Shown: positions 50,431 through 63,916 of the stretch, one piece after another
Numbering within the stretch: position 1 is the stretch's first letter
Layout of the letters: each line of letters begins with the position of its first letter
NCBI GenBank assembly: GCA_013239625.1
Contig: MU053645.1
Span: forward strand, 1,046,274 to 1,110,273
DNA length: 64,000 nucleotides
From: Lama guanicoe
Lineage: Eukaryota
Reading direction: 5' to 3'
Made by a program: the position numbers and the translations under genes
Notes under the pieces: model-generated
What the model saw: only the letters and a program-made list of their open reading frames with translations
Databases searched by the model: none
What the model was told of the DNA's origin: nothing

Positions 50431-53400
50431 GTGTGGCTGTCGGCATAGGTGTCTGGGTTTAAAAATATTTGAACTAGAATTTTCATTTCAATACTTGCCA
50501 TCTGTGTGACTCTGAGCAAATCAGTCCACCTCTTGGAGTCTCAGTTTCTTCATCTAGAAAGTGAGTATAATAGCATTTACCAAGTTACGTTATTTTGAGA
50601 ACTGACAGAGATAATATTTGTCCTATGCTTAGCACAAAGTAGGTTTGCAGTAAACGTTAGCCATTATTGTTATCAACAGCAGTTACGGGAAAATTTAAGA
50701 ACCATTCCTAGTCTAAGATTACACAGTTTTAAGTGTTATAAAGAACTTTAGAGATCATTCCATTTAGTCCATAGGGATGAAATGCCACACACTTCATAAA
50801 AACATTTACTAATCCAGACACTGCTTTAATTCAGACTCCAAATCCAGTACTCTTTCCACTGTACTCATTTTGTTTCATTTTAACAAATGTATTGAACACT
50901 GACTATCCAAAACTAAGGTAGGTTCTTAGTACAGAAAGATAAATCCAATCAAATTGAACATACCCTTGAGAGTTTCCATCAAGTGGAGAAGTACAATGTA
51001 TAAACAATTAATTACAACAATAGAATATGTATTTTTATTGACTCAGTGAGTTTAAGTTTCTACGACCTCATGGAATATGTGATGAACTCAGTTTGAGTGG
51101 ATTGATGAAAACTTAACCAAGAGAGCTATGTCTGAAAATGTGTCAAAAAATAAACAGGAGTTTTACAGGTCAAAAAGGAGGTATGGAACAGATATTTCAG
51201 GCTCAGAGAACAGCTGGTGAAAAGGCACTCTATCTGCATGCCTTTCAGCTCCATCTTCCTGCAATTCCTAGAACAGTTTTCTGTAGCATTCATTTGTCAA
51301 ATAATAATGTTTTGTCTCATGACACCCATTATAGCCTTGAACTATTTATCTCCTATGTTACCTAATTTTTCATGTCTTGTCACCCCAACTCAAATTTACG
51401 CTCAAAGGAAGAAGAACCAGTCTAATAGATCACCGTATCTTCCACCGTGCTTTGCACATGATCTTAAATAGAGTGGCTACTTAATGAATACCTTTTGATT
51501 TGTTGATATAAGGGGAGAAAAGCATAATCATCTTCAACATATCTTAAATTCACTACTCATTATCAGAACGACCTGGGAAATAAGGTGTGTTCACTCTCTC
51601 TTCCCAATTGTTTACGTCAAGACAAGTCCTTTGAGCTCCTTCTGCAAGCCCATTAATGAAGAATAGTATGGTATACTAAGGTTAGCCAATGCCCATATGG
51701 TACCAGCTCTTTGAATATTTCAATACCGTATCCTCTTTTTACTGACTAAATTCCCAAGGATTTCAAACTTCAGCCTGGGTAGTCATTGCTGAAAACAGCT
51801 GATCATAACAAGGCTGGACCAGTTACTCTGGATCCCTGCACTTGTCAAACATGCACTTGGCATTCTGATGTAATTGCAAAGAATGGATAAACTATGATAC
51901 CATTCTTTAGTGGCATCCTAAAGAGATCTTCTGGGTGGCTGGCCTGGGGAAGCAGAATAATCTAATGCTTAAGCAGGATGGAAAATTTCTTACATTTCTT
52001 ATAAACAGGGGGCAGGGTTTGAACAGAATGAACAATCAAGCTGAGCAGAGGGAATTTCTCCCACTTAGAAACACTTCAAATGTTGACTTGAAGAGTGGAA
52101 AAAATACGTTCTTACCCAGACAAATCTTAGACTCCATTGTGTAAAATTGAGAAACCCAAGTAGTGAGAGGCTGGCAAATCTAGGGTGGGAGAAGGAAAAA
52201 AGGATATCCTAACATATTTATCCTCCTGCAAGGAGAGCTTGTTCTGTGTTTAACAAATGCATTACCTCCATTATTCTTTTCTTTCTTACTCCCAACCAGT
52301 AGCCAACTCTTCCTACCCACCCATCATCGTCCTTTATCACACATATTTGTAAATAATCCGACCTTCTTACAGACATACTGAGAAAATTAAATGAGATAAT
52401 GTCCAAAACCAAACAGAGCTTACTGCACTGTAGGTGTCCCCTTGCAACCTTATATTATATGTAAAAAGATCTTTCACGGGGTGACCATCCTTTCCCTGGC
52501 AAAGTTCAGACCAAATCATGTAGAAATGAGAGAGATGGGACAGTCAAACAGAAACACCTAAGGTTTGCTATCCTAGAAAACGGTGATTGTAATGTCAAAC
52601 TTTTGATTGGCCACTCTAATAGAAAATGAATACATAATACAACAGATAATCCAAACAGAACAGATATGGGAACGGCTGAGCAAATTATGCTAGATAAACA
52701 AGAAGGAATATCAAGCAGTCATTAGAAGTTAGAATCCTGAGTAGTATGGACCAATATGGAAAAATATTGATGGTTTCATGGAAAAAGTAAAACACAGAAC
52801 AATGACTGAAATGATATACAGTTACGTAGACATGCACAACAATGAAAATAATCATGTTAGCTGGGTAGATTATAGTCACATAACATTTATTAATTATATT
52901 AGCAGGAGAAATGGTAACTACAAAAAACAAAAAGGACAAATCAATTTTATCTAGCTTTATAACATATGACACGATAACTTTTCTTTGGAAGTCAATTAAT
53001 TTTTCTGATGCCGTTTCCTCAGGTTGATATTAATAGGAGTTTGCATTTTCTGAGCCGTCTTTAAGGTATGGTCGGAAGGGTAGGTAGGACTGCAAAGTAA
53101 TTCTGGAGCATTCTAGGCTGCAGGGGGAAGCTATTTGAAAGAAAGTATTTTTTTGTAAAATCTATTGGGAGAAAAATTTGAAGACACATTATTCAATGGT
53201 TATAAAGATACATTTTTAAATGGCCTATATGTGAGTGGGTGGAAATGAAAATTTAGAAGAGCAAATGATAAAGAAAGGGTTGAATAGCTGTGTTTTGAGT
53301 ACCAATTACATGAAACTGAATTCAACTATTTCTAGAAATGAAAACATAAAACAGAATTGTTCCTTTCCCCTCTGAATCAACCTTCAGCTGCTAGCAAATC

Positions 53401-54661
53401 ACAAACTATTACCATGACCAAACCATGTCAGACAATGAATGCAGATGGAAGCTTGCTCTTCTAGGCTATGAAAATACATATAACTTTATCCTGATTCACA
53501 AATATTTATGGCATCTCTGAAGTTCCAGCAAGATATTATGGGTACCACCTGCCCTCTTCCTGTGACATAGGAACAAAAAACAAAACAAAAAACTCAACTG
53601 AATGTTCAAATCATTGAGGAAGCAGACTATTAAGAGGGCATGGAACATTTATGTGAATAATGGGTATAATTTAATGATACCAAACAGTCCTCTTAATGAC
53701 AACTTAAACTTACTCAGCACCTTATTCAGCAATAATTTCACACAGTCCCAGTAGCAATCAGAGCCCAAATCCCTGGAGATAATTATTTCATCAAAGTGAC
53801 TCTAAATTTCACTCCTGCCACCAAGTGTTGCCTATTTCCAGAGCCATTTGCTGATCATTCTGGTGGGATTTGACCAGATAATGCTATCAGAATAAAGCAA
53901 CAATGCATTTTCCTGCACTAGGCCTAAAAATCCCACAGCGAGATGCTGCCATCCTAATGGACTTCCATAGTACTTCTGGATACACCACTGGAGTGGACAG
54001 TTGTTCACTTGAGATGCACAGTTACCTAAGAACAGATTAGCTGGTCAGTGGGTTCTCTGGGCATTTTGACAAAAGCTGTTGTTGTCTTTCTTCCTCCCTG
54101 ATGTCCTCACATTGGCCCTCAGTTTCTCAGAGTTCCCCTCGACAGCATCCTTCCAGATCAGGCCCTCCTTAAACAATACTTGATGTTCTGTAACTTCTGC
54201 TCTCTCCTCTACTCATCAAAACTGACCTGGGCTCCCCTCTTTTAGAGGCCTGCTTTTGGCCAGGAAATAGTCGATTAACAGATGCAGATAAACCAGTGCC
54301 TCACAACTTTTGCAACTGTGAGCATCCTTCTTAAATGTCAAAAAAGTTGATCTTTTATTATCTGCTGATGAAAATGTAAAGACTACCTAATGACAGAAAA
54401 TATTACAAATTCAATAATTATCTGAATTAATTTGCATTTTACTAATCAAATCAGCATCTACATACATTGGAAAATAACTGTACATATATATGTGCTATTT
54501 TTCACTGATTCCATCTGCAGACACTAGTGTGCACACGGTGTCCTGGATCCTTTGTGACAGCTTTACAGCGCATCACAGGTCTGCAGTCGAGAGGTTAGCA
54601 ACCACTAATATGAACGAGGCACTATTAATTGTTTTTGCTTCATGCCTGTCATGGTAGAGTG

Positions 54662-54742
54662 ACATAATCTTATTTATAGCATCATGAAGTGGATACTATC
54701 TATACATAATCTTATTTATAGCATCATGAAGTGGATACTATC
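54662..54742. repeat. Perfect 39-bp tandem duplication (period 42)
   Basis: ACATAATCTTATTTATAGCATCATGAAGTGGATACTATC at 54662-54700 and 54704-54742, separated by TAT. Confidence 0.97.
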
Positions 54743-55221
54743 ATCATCCCCCACTGTGTGGGTAAGGAATGGAGTCCAGAAAAGTTGCATTAGTTCAGCA
54801 CAGTTACACAATTAGGCAAGTGGCAAACTCAAAATTACAAAGTCTATGCACTTAATCTGCAAAGTCATATTGCCTCCCATTAAGTATTCTTGTGGTAAAT
54901 ATGTTTCTACTTATCATTTCCTTAATTAAGTTAAATGTCACATAAAGTATTTAAGAGAGGATGCTAATGATGGGGGAATTACTTGGAGGTAAATCCCTAA
55001 AAGCACACCTGTGTGCCAAACTACTCCTGCTCAAGAATATGATCAAGACATAGTATGGGGAAACTGCTTTGAAAAATAAAAACTTGGAGATGTGCATGTT
55101 TAGATGTTTTCAATGGATGAAAATAGAAATACTAGATTTTGTTTTGATAAACAGTAAAAAGCAGTCTTGCTCAAGAGAAAATGAGCTTATACAAGAGTTG
55201 ATCCAGGTGATCACAGCTTGT

Positions 55222-55422
55222 CAGTGGTTCTCAACGTGGTCTTTGGACCAGCACCTGGGAATTTGTCAGAAATGCAAATTCTTAGCTTCTGCAACCCCTA
55301 CCCCTACAACACCCACCCTACTTCCTAAACCAGAAGCTCTGACAATGGGGCCTAGAAATCCATGTTTTCACAAGGCTTCTAAGTGATTCTGATGCACACT
55401 GAAGCAAGTTAGAGAAGCACTG
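55222..55422. mobile_element. MER5A-like hAT MITE
   Basis: cagtggttctcaa...agaaatgcaaattc...gtgattctgatgcacac...gagaagcactg with CAGTG/CACTG termini. Confidence 0.8.
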
Positions 55423-55534
55423 AACTATATAGTTACTTACCAGAGTGGCAGAGCTAGGTGAAAGGTATGAATATACTCCTAACAAAGGCAAGATTCTGGC
55501 TGGGGAAAGACTGACTCAGGTATATCAAGACTAG

Positions 55535-55782
55535 TATACTGTAGTGATTAATAGTACATGCTTTGGAGTCATAGAGACCTGAATTTGAGACCTAGCTTAC
55601 AAGCTGTGTAATCCTGAGCAAGTAACTTAACTTCTCTGAATCTCAGTTCTCTCATCTGTAAAATGACAGTAACAATAATACCTCCTTCAGAGAGTTGTGA
55701 TGAGGATTAAATGAATTAATCCATGGAAAACATTTAGAACATGTGTGATATATAATGAATGTGCACTAAAGGTAAGCTGTAA
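55535..55782 (+). mobile_element. MIR SINE
   Basis: ctttggagtca...ctgagcaagtaacttaacttctctgaatctcagttctctcatctgtaaaatg...gttgtgatgaggattaaatga. Confidence 0.85.
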
Positions 55783-57348
55783 TTAAGTGGGTGTTATCTG
55801 TCTTGAGTTGGAGCCAGCTTTGTCTAGTGGCATGGAGGTGTTGCCGTTATGTCCATGAAAGGAGACTTTAAGCTGCCTCTCTAGAGTGATGACAAAGAAT
55901 GGATAAGGTCTGAGTGAGACTGAGGAGGGGCACTATTAAAGACACTCAAGTGAGAGATGTTATATTTATAAGCACCCAAACACGTGGTTGAAAAAGGTGA
56001 CTTCCGGCAATCGTGGTGAAAAAAGCTAGAAATGGGCTTACAATGAGCTAAGTGGTCAAAAAGAAGTTTGCAAATCTAAAAATACCTGTGCTTGTAATCC
56101 TCAGGGCACTTTAAACTGACCAGCTGTTCTCCAGTTTAGTAATACGTGTAATAACCCTCACACTGACTCTGGCGATACAGGTGCAGGTCCTCTTAACGGA
56201 AAGACAGACTCCTAAATGCTGCCGAGTCTTGGCTGATCCATTACTCAGTTATAGAATTTTGAAATTTTGGGAATGTCATTTTCTGTTTAGGAGTCAAGGT
56301 TTGACTTTAAATATTTTAAATCCAAATTATGGGCTCTAGCATTAAACAGACCAGCATTCATATCCCAGATCTGCCTCTGACTAGGTCTGTGAACTTGGAA
56401 TTTACTTAACCTCTATCCTTCAGTTCCCTGAGTTCTAAAATGGAGACTCACTCAACTTATTCTGCAAGGTTGTTGTTGGGCTAAAAAGTAACAGGGCAAA
56501 GCGTTTAGCACAGTGGCTGGCTCACAGAGAGCACACACAAAGCGCTGACTGCTTTTGTTTTGGGGCTATCTCATAATGGACACGTTGTCAAATTATCTTA
56601 GTATTTTAATAGCTTCTTTGGACAGAAAACATCACCGGCCAGATTGTACTTTTGTCTTAGTGCAATAATTTTAATTTTGGAGAAGGCTAAGTAGCAATAC
56701 CGAATTCTATAACCCGAGGCTTTGCTATCTAGTGTAGCACCCTGAATTACTGTTCTAATAAAGAATGATTCTGCCTCTTAAAGTCCTTGCATTGAACAAC
56801 AGAAATGCTGATTGGAATTCTACAAAAAGGGGGCTCCCCAAAGGAAAGAAGTTTATGAAACGCTGGATTAAGTAAAATTAAATTCCTTTACCATTAAATT
56901 TCTCAAAGTTTTCATTATCCTAACATGTGTGGCAAATTTCCTGGAGGGAACAATACTATGGAGCATTTCCCAATGGATCTGACCATGTAACACCTTTTCT
57001 GGAAAAAAAAAAAAAAAAAAACGTACAGAAATTAGTATTGCACAGAACATACTTTGGGAAATACTGTCCTGATCATTCTAAACCTTTCAGTGATGGGGGG
57101 TGGGGTGGGAAGGGAGGCAGAGCACTCACAAGTCAGCATTCCCTCTTTATAACATAAGTCAAACTGCCTTGTACCAAGTCATAGAGAAGTCCAACTCCTC
57201 TGGACATACTGTAAATCTGTTGTAGCAAGTATTACTTTGATGGCTGAAGAGATCATTATAACTTAGGTAGCAGCATTTGGTCTTTACGAAAAGTAAGAGA
57301 TTTAAATTATCTGTAGGGGAGAGAAGACATGGGAAGAACCACCCCCTT

Positions 57349-57819
57349 TGTAACGGAAACGACAGGCCAGTCAAGAAACACGCACCACTTGGAGGGTTGG
57401 AGTACTCAGATGTATTACGCCGGGGGCTCAGAGGGGCTTCTGCTCTGAAGCTCTGAGCACCTCCAAGATGTGCACATGAGGTTTTATAGGGTAAAGTACA
57501 AGCTTGGGGTATTCGGCCAATAGGCATGGAACAGCTTTAGCAACATTATCATCACAAAAGTGGAGGTGGAGGTGGGGAGGCAGCAAACCAACATTCCAAA
57601 GCCAGATATGTATCTTTGAAAACCCAAACCCAGCTGGAAAAAAACATAGACAGCAAACCAACACTAATTAATTTAGATTTACAAGTTAGTCCAGCAGAAC
57701 TCAGATCAGTATTCCAATACTTAGATTTGTGAGTTATCTTGTTAGACCAGCCCAGCCTCCCCTTCACATTCCTAGACTTGTGAGTTATCTTGTTAGACCA
57801 CCCCGGCTTTTCCTTCACA
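57349..57819 (-). mobile_element. Solo ERV LTR, family B copy 1 (471 bp, young)
   Basis: TG...CA termini, perfect TSD CCTT (57345-57348 / 57820-57823); minus-strand TATAAAA at about 57482-57488 with a CCAAT nearby; highly similar to 59610-60080. Confidence 0.92.
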
Positions 57820-59303
57820 CCTTCTCCCAAGCTTTTACCTTCCTCGCTCTACCCTAAGCATTGGCGACCTTTGTACCAATTTCTTCCCCCTGTGTCTCTG
57901 CCTAGGACAGGGAAGGAGGAGACACACCATGACTGGGTTCTGTGTGCAAGCTTTTCCACTGGAAGGATGGGAGAACTTTTCTTCTATCACTGGGCAATGT
58001 GTAAATCAGGGCCCCGGTGACCTTCTTTACTCTTTGGCCAGCCCTCTTTTCTTCAGCTGCTCAGCCCTTCTAGAAAGGTCCAGCGCCTCTCTAGACCCTC
58101 CCTCCCCTGTTTGCATTATTACTTGCTTATTATTGCCCATAACATCTATAGCAGTGCCTCAGTTCAATTTTCTCTTTTCTCAGGGCAAAGGCACCAAAGA
58201 ACTTATTCCTGAAAAATTATAAAAATATTAAACAAAAAAAATTTCCCCACAGTAACTTTGGTTTGAATATCACCTTTGTTTACATCTCTCAGAGGACTCC
58301 AGGACACTCATTTCCTAGTTGCTGCCTTACAGAATCCCTATGAAACAGCCAGGGTAGGTACACTTACCCTTCTTTCACAGACAGGGAAAATCAAACACCA
58401 AAGTGTGAAGTAAGCTTCCCGAAGTGATTCAGCCAGTTAGTGTCAGGGATGGAATTAGAAACTGGGTCTCCTGATTCCTGGTCTCGGGTTCTCCCTGCAT
58501 ATGCCATAAGGACCAGTCTTGTTCTACTGGAAGTGACATCCCTGGCTGAGGTCAGCGGCACAGAGAAAAGTAGTTCAGTCAAATGCCTTCCCTGGCATGG
58601 TTCTCATACAGGACAGACTTCGTCATTAGTCTCTTTGTTGGAAATATTTGCCTGGATTTTGAAACCACCATGGGAACTTCAGATTGTTGTCTGTTTCAAC
58701 ATAATACTTAAGTCAGTCAGGAGCTGGAGATGACATGGTCTTCTTGTCAGGAGGGACAAGGCTCAAGGAGGTTCCATACATACAGCGGTGATTTGTTCAC
58801 ACAAATTATTCATACACACTGCTAAGTTCCCGCCACAATAGCAGAAGTTCATTTGAGTCCCCAGTGCAACCAGACTAATTTTATAGCAGACAGACTTATA
58901 AAAACCCCATCACCTAATGGTTCACAAAGAGAGAATTCACACTCCTGGAGAGAGACTGCAATAACAGAACAGGTCCTCAAGGCGGGGCCCTAAAAAGCCA
59001 CAGTTGTTCCCTTTTCTAATAACCCAATCCATCACATTTTATTGCTAAGATTTGTACGATGTGAAAGAAAAAACACAATGCAATAATAGCTTGAGATTTT
59101 GAGGAATTAAGATTTACTGGTGAGGCAAAAAAGCAGCTATGAAATCAAAAAGGAGGGCGGAAGAGGTCTTTCTTCAGACATTATTTTTTTTTCCTTCCGT
59201 GAAAACAAATGACTTCTTCTCAGCCCTCTTCGGCAATGAGGCTGCTGAAACTGGCTCTTTCTCAGAGATGACTTGCTCCTAAACCTAGTTCTGGGGTCAA
59301 AAC

Positions 59304-60261
59304 TGTGAATGAAAAATACTGCAAGCCATATCAGTAAACAAAGAATGCTGAAGCCATCAAGTCATCAGAGGCTGCTACCATCCACCAGTGAAGACAAGCC
59401 TGCAGCCCAGCCTCTGCAGCCACTCACATTGGTGCCCCCTGAGGGGACTCAGAATAAGAAAGGACAGGATACTGGCCCTGGATAGCTAGGTGCTTGCCAA
59501 AGGAATGATTTCAATGGCCTTTGCTCCTCCCCATACATAGAAAAGAGCTAAATTCTTTAATTTGAGATTCCTGATTTTCTTTAGTTAGCAAGTAATCTTT
59601 TAATGTTCTTGTTACGGAAACGACAGGCCAGTCAAGAAACAAGCACCACTCGGAGGGTTGTAGCACTCAGATGTGTTACGCTGGCGGGCTCAAGAGGGGC
59701 TTCTGCTCCGAAGCTCTGAGCTCCTCCAAGACATGCGCATGAGGTTTTATAGGGTAAAGTACAAGCTTGGGGTATTCGGCCAATAGGCATGGAACAGCTT
59801 TAGCAGCATTATCATCACAAAAGTGGAGGTGGGGAGGCAGCAAACCAACATTCCAAAGCCAGATATGTATCTTTGAAAACCCAGCTGGCTAGCAAAAAAA
59901 CGTGAACAGCAAACCAACACTAATTAACCTAGATTTACAAGTTAGTCCAGCAGAACTCAGATCAGTATTCCAATACTTAGATTTGTGAGTTATCTTGTTA
60001 GCCCAGCCCAGCCCAGCCTCTCCTTCACATTCCTAGACTTGTGAGTTACCTTGTTAGCCCAGCCCGGGTTTTCCTTCACATTCTGACTACTTGGTCTTTG
60101 TTGTAAAGCTCCTATAAATCCTGGCTCCTCCCCTACCTCTTAGGAGCAGTCCCTCAGAGAAATCTGAGAGGCTGACATCCCAGGCGGAGTCCTCAGAATT
60201 GTCCACCAAGTAAAAATATTAACTCTCAACTTTTAGGCTGTGCATTTTATTTCAGTCGACA
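59304..60261 (+). mobile_element. Solo LTR family A copy 2, interrupted by a family B LTR
   Basis: TGTGAA...GTCGACA termini, perfect TSD AAAC (59300-59303 / 60262-60265). Confidence 0.92.
59610..60080 (-). mobile_element. Solo LTR family B copy 2 (471 bp), nested in family A copy 2
   Basis: TG...CA termini, perfect TSD TTCT (59606-59609 / 60081-60084); the host LTR reads continuously once it is removed. Confidence 0.93.
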
Positions 60262-60657
60262 AAACAAACCTATTTTTACTCAACTACATCAGGTCAGAGT
60301 AAGTGCTATGCAGCCCTCATGTAAGCCAGTCTGAGGAAGGTAAAAAAGAATGTATTTTCCTCTCTACCTAACATGATCCAGGCAGAATCCTGAAACAGTT
60401 GACTCTAAAGGGAAACTCCCAAATCCCCTCCCACAAAACCATTTTATACTTTCCTACGAGATGGGTGGGTTGATTTGGAAGGAAGAGCTAATGGGAAAAC
60501 AAAAGCCATTGTTTCCATCAAGTCTATGATTCTACAGCCAGCAACATCTGAAAGTCCATAAAGGAATGCCCCTACAGCAGAGACAGAGTCCTCATCCAGG
60601 AAATGCTAAAAAAAAAAATACAAAGGAAGCAATGAGGAAGGGGCACATAATTAAAGA

Positions 60658-61133
60658 TGTCAACTGAAATAAAATCACATAACCCAAAAGTAGAGAGTTA
60701 TGTTTTATTTCAAACCCCTTCGAGCCCAGGATGACGGCCTCCCAGATTGCTCTGAGGGACTGCTCCAAAAGGTAGGGGAGGAGCCAGGATAATAAAGGAC
60801 TTTTACAATAAAGACCAGGTAGTGAGAACATTAAATATTACTGTTAAAGAAAACCAGACATCTCAAATTAAAGAATGTAGCGCTTTTCTGTGTATGGGAA
60901 GGAGCAAACATTTGGGCTCATTGAATTCATTTCTTTGACAAGCACCTAGCTATCCAGGGCCAGTATTCTGTCCTTTCTTATTCTGAGTCCCCTCAGGGTG
61001 CACCATTATGAGTGGCTGCAGAGGCTGGGCTGCAGGCTTTGTCTTCACTGTGGGTGGGTGGTGGCAGCCTGATGATTTGATGGCTTCAGCATTCTTTGTT
61101 TACTGATATGGTTTTCAGTATTCTCTGTTCACA
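60658..61133 (-). mobile_element. Solo LTR family A copy 3
   Basis: Collinear with 3981-4482; flanks AAGA/CAGA. Confidence 0.9.
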
Positions 61134-63916
61134 CAGAGAAACTACTCTTAAACCTCAAGTAAAAGCATTTTATTTCAAGTGGCCTTTGTCTGTTTTGCAC
61201 TATAAGAGAGAATAAGCATTAATTCTTATCACTGGGGAAATCTTTAGCACTATCAACACTTACATCCACCTATTCCCTCATGGAAATACTACCTACAAAT
61301 AGACACATATTTATGAAAACCCAAAAGTCTGATATCAAGGACAGCGTGAATCCCTCCACACACATCAAAACATAGAGCTTGCTCTTTTTTGAAAGTGTTC
61401 TCCACGTGAGCTTGCCTATTTCCATAATATCACGTACAAATCCCTCTATCCCTAAGAGGCAGGCATCCAAAATATTTATCACATTAGGAACCCTGTCACC
61501 TGTCTTCCTCCCTGAGGAGTCACTGGGTAGGCAATCAACAAAATGAGTCAGTGGTAGAGACAGGAGTTCTGCTTATCTAATTAAGCACCACCACCGAACT
61601 TGTTGAAAAGGGGTGTGAAAGGGAAAGGGGGGAGGCTTGCAACAGGAGAATGCTGAGGTTTGCGCTCAAAAGCCACTATCTTGTCATCACAAGAAGTTTA
61701 CTTAATGATAGCTCCCTCCCCTGAACTCCAGCACCACATAAACACTGTGCCACATTTCCAGCTTCTCTGTGTTAGAGTGTGTTTTCTGAAGATGTCAGGG
61801 ACTTTCCTGTGATCTCCAGTACAAAATGGCAAACTGCCGAAAAGCATGGACTGTTTTTCTACATTTCCCAATATCCCCTATACTGCTTGTGATAAGAGAA
61901 GTGGGAAGGAAACACCACGTAATAGCATATTCCTCCTCTAATATTCTTGAGTGTGGAAATGAAGTCAATACATTTAGACTAGGTAGGACTTTCTTGAACA
62001 CAGTCGGCTCTGGTATGCGCATAAATTAGTCAATGGCTGATGGCCCACCACACACTTTTAACAGAGCCCCTGAGACGTTCCCCCACCACCTCCCATACTG
62101 AAATCTAATTGCCAGCTCCAAGGCAAATGCTCCCATTGTTAATAAATGGTAACAGCAAGGAGTGGTGACAAGAACACTGAGCTGAGAAACAGCAGATTTA
62201 CCTTAGAGTTGCAGTTGTCACATTGACCAGTTGGGTGGTGCTTGTGGTAAGCCACTGAGCCTGGGTTTCCTCATCTGTATAATGTTGGTGGTGAAGGAGG
62301 GTGATTAATACCTGCTGTTTTGAAAATCCAGATATAGGATATCATTTTCTCTCTATTCCAATTCAACAGTCACTGATCTAATTTGTGTTGTTACTAAGAG
62401 ATTTTGGTTGGAAAAACTATCATTTTTACCATCCAGCTGTGCCTCCTACCCAAATAGCATTCATAGACCCTCAACAGCAGCTAATTAGCTTCTATAGGTT
62501 AGGGTTTTCAAATTAGACCCAATTATCATGACAGCATTACCAACATCGATTGTCTACTTTGAGTAGACTACAAAGAAGTATACAATTTCTGTCTATAACA
62601 CACCTACCTTTCACTACAGAATGCTTACGTATTCAACATTTACTGACCACATATTATGTTGTAGCCCCTGTACTATACAATACACTGGTGAATATAATGG
62701 TCAAGAGGACTGGCACAGATCTGCCCTGCTGTCCTCCTGAAGTCAGAGTCTAGAGGCAGAAAAGCAGATTCTCAGCCTCTCAGTAGGCCTTATGGATGAA
62801 ACATACCACTTGGTTCACTCCCAATCTGAATTAACAATAAAAAGCAAATCTACATATGAAAATGAGGGCAGCCCATAGCCTGAACCACTCAAGAAGGTGG
62901 CCTTAACAGGGGTCACTCCCATCGTCATCACCTCAGTTCCCCAGCTGGTAGGTGTGAAATGTAAAATATGACTTCCAATCATCCTGAATAAAGGATCAAG
63001 GTCTTAACACCCACATTTAATGGGATAATGAGCTTTCAAAATTGTAATGAATTCTGACCGGGAGAAATAATATGAGCCTGGTTTAGTGACAGTTACTTTA
63101 TGGTCTTGCTTCTCTTGAGTATTTATTAGAGCAAATTCGCCTCACTGATGGATGGAAAACAATTTAAAAGGTTCTGATACTTTAACAAAGTCTCTTAAAA
63201 TTTTTATTTTCTCTCTGCAAGCATTTAGAGGTATCCTCTAAAAAGATTAAAACAAAATGAAGATTAAGCAAGCTGATCACCAGGGCCATGCCCCCAGACC
63301 ACCAATTTTAATCTAATAACTCCAGGGCTCTTATCCTCCACAGCTATCAGCCACTCTTTTGTTTTCACTGCTGTATTTCCCTTCAGCCCAGCCCCATGAT
63401 CCACTGTCTATATATCTTTGACCTGTATCTCCATTATGCCACTAAAAATGCCCAAGAAAGTGCTCTGAAAGCTATAAAATACTCTAACCATGTTAGCAGT
63501 GTGTTCCTTTCTGCAACGAAAATGTGCTTAGTGCCTACTCTATGCGGGCGACCCTGGGAATCAGATCCTCACATCACCTTTTACAAATGGCTGCCTTTCC
63601 CTCCTAGGTACCCAGCTGCTCCTCTGTACCCCTTGTGTCCTGTTGTCATTTTCTATAAGGCCAAGGAGGAGGAAGGATAATACATGTGGCCCTCAATTTC
63701 CTCTGTGAAGAAGCCTAAGACTTCTTCTTACTCCACTGTCCAAAGACTCTGAATATATTATACATACCACTGAATTAGGAGCCTGGGTTTCTAAGTTCCA
63801 GCTGCCACACAGCTGGAGCCAGAGACTCTCCCCTCCTGGTCCCAGACTCTTCCTCTGCCAAGTGAGCTGATCTCAAATGCCTATTCCCATTCTGCTACTG
63901 AAGACCTCTATGATAC

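Noticed and set aside
57349..60080. Two same-strand family B LTRs as the ends of one small provirus
   Set aside because: Each LTR has its own perfect TSD (CCTT versus TTCT), the second sits inside another LTR, and I saw no PBS, PPT or gag/pol remnant between them.
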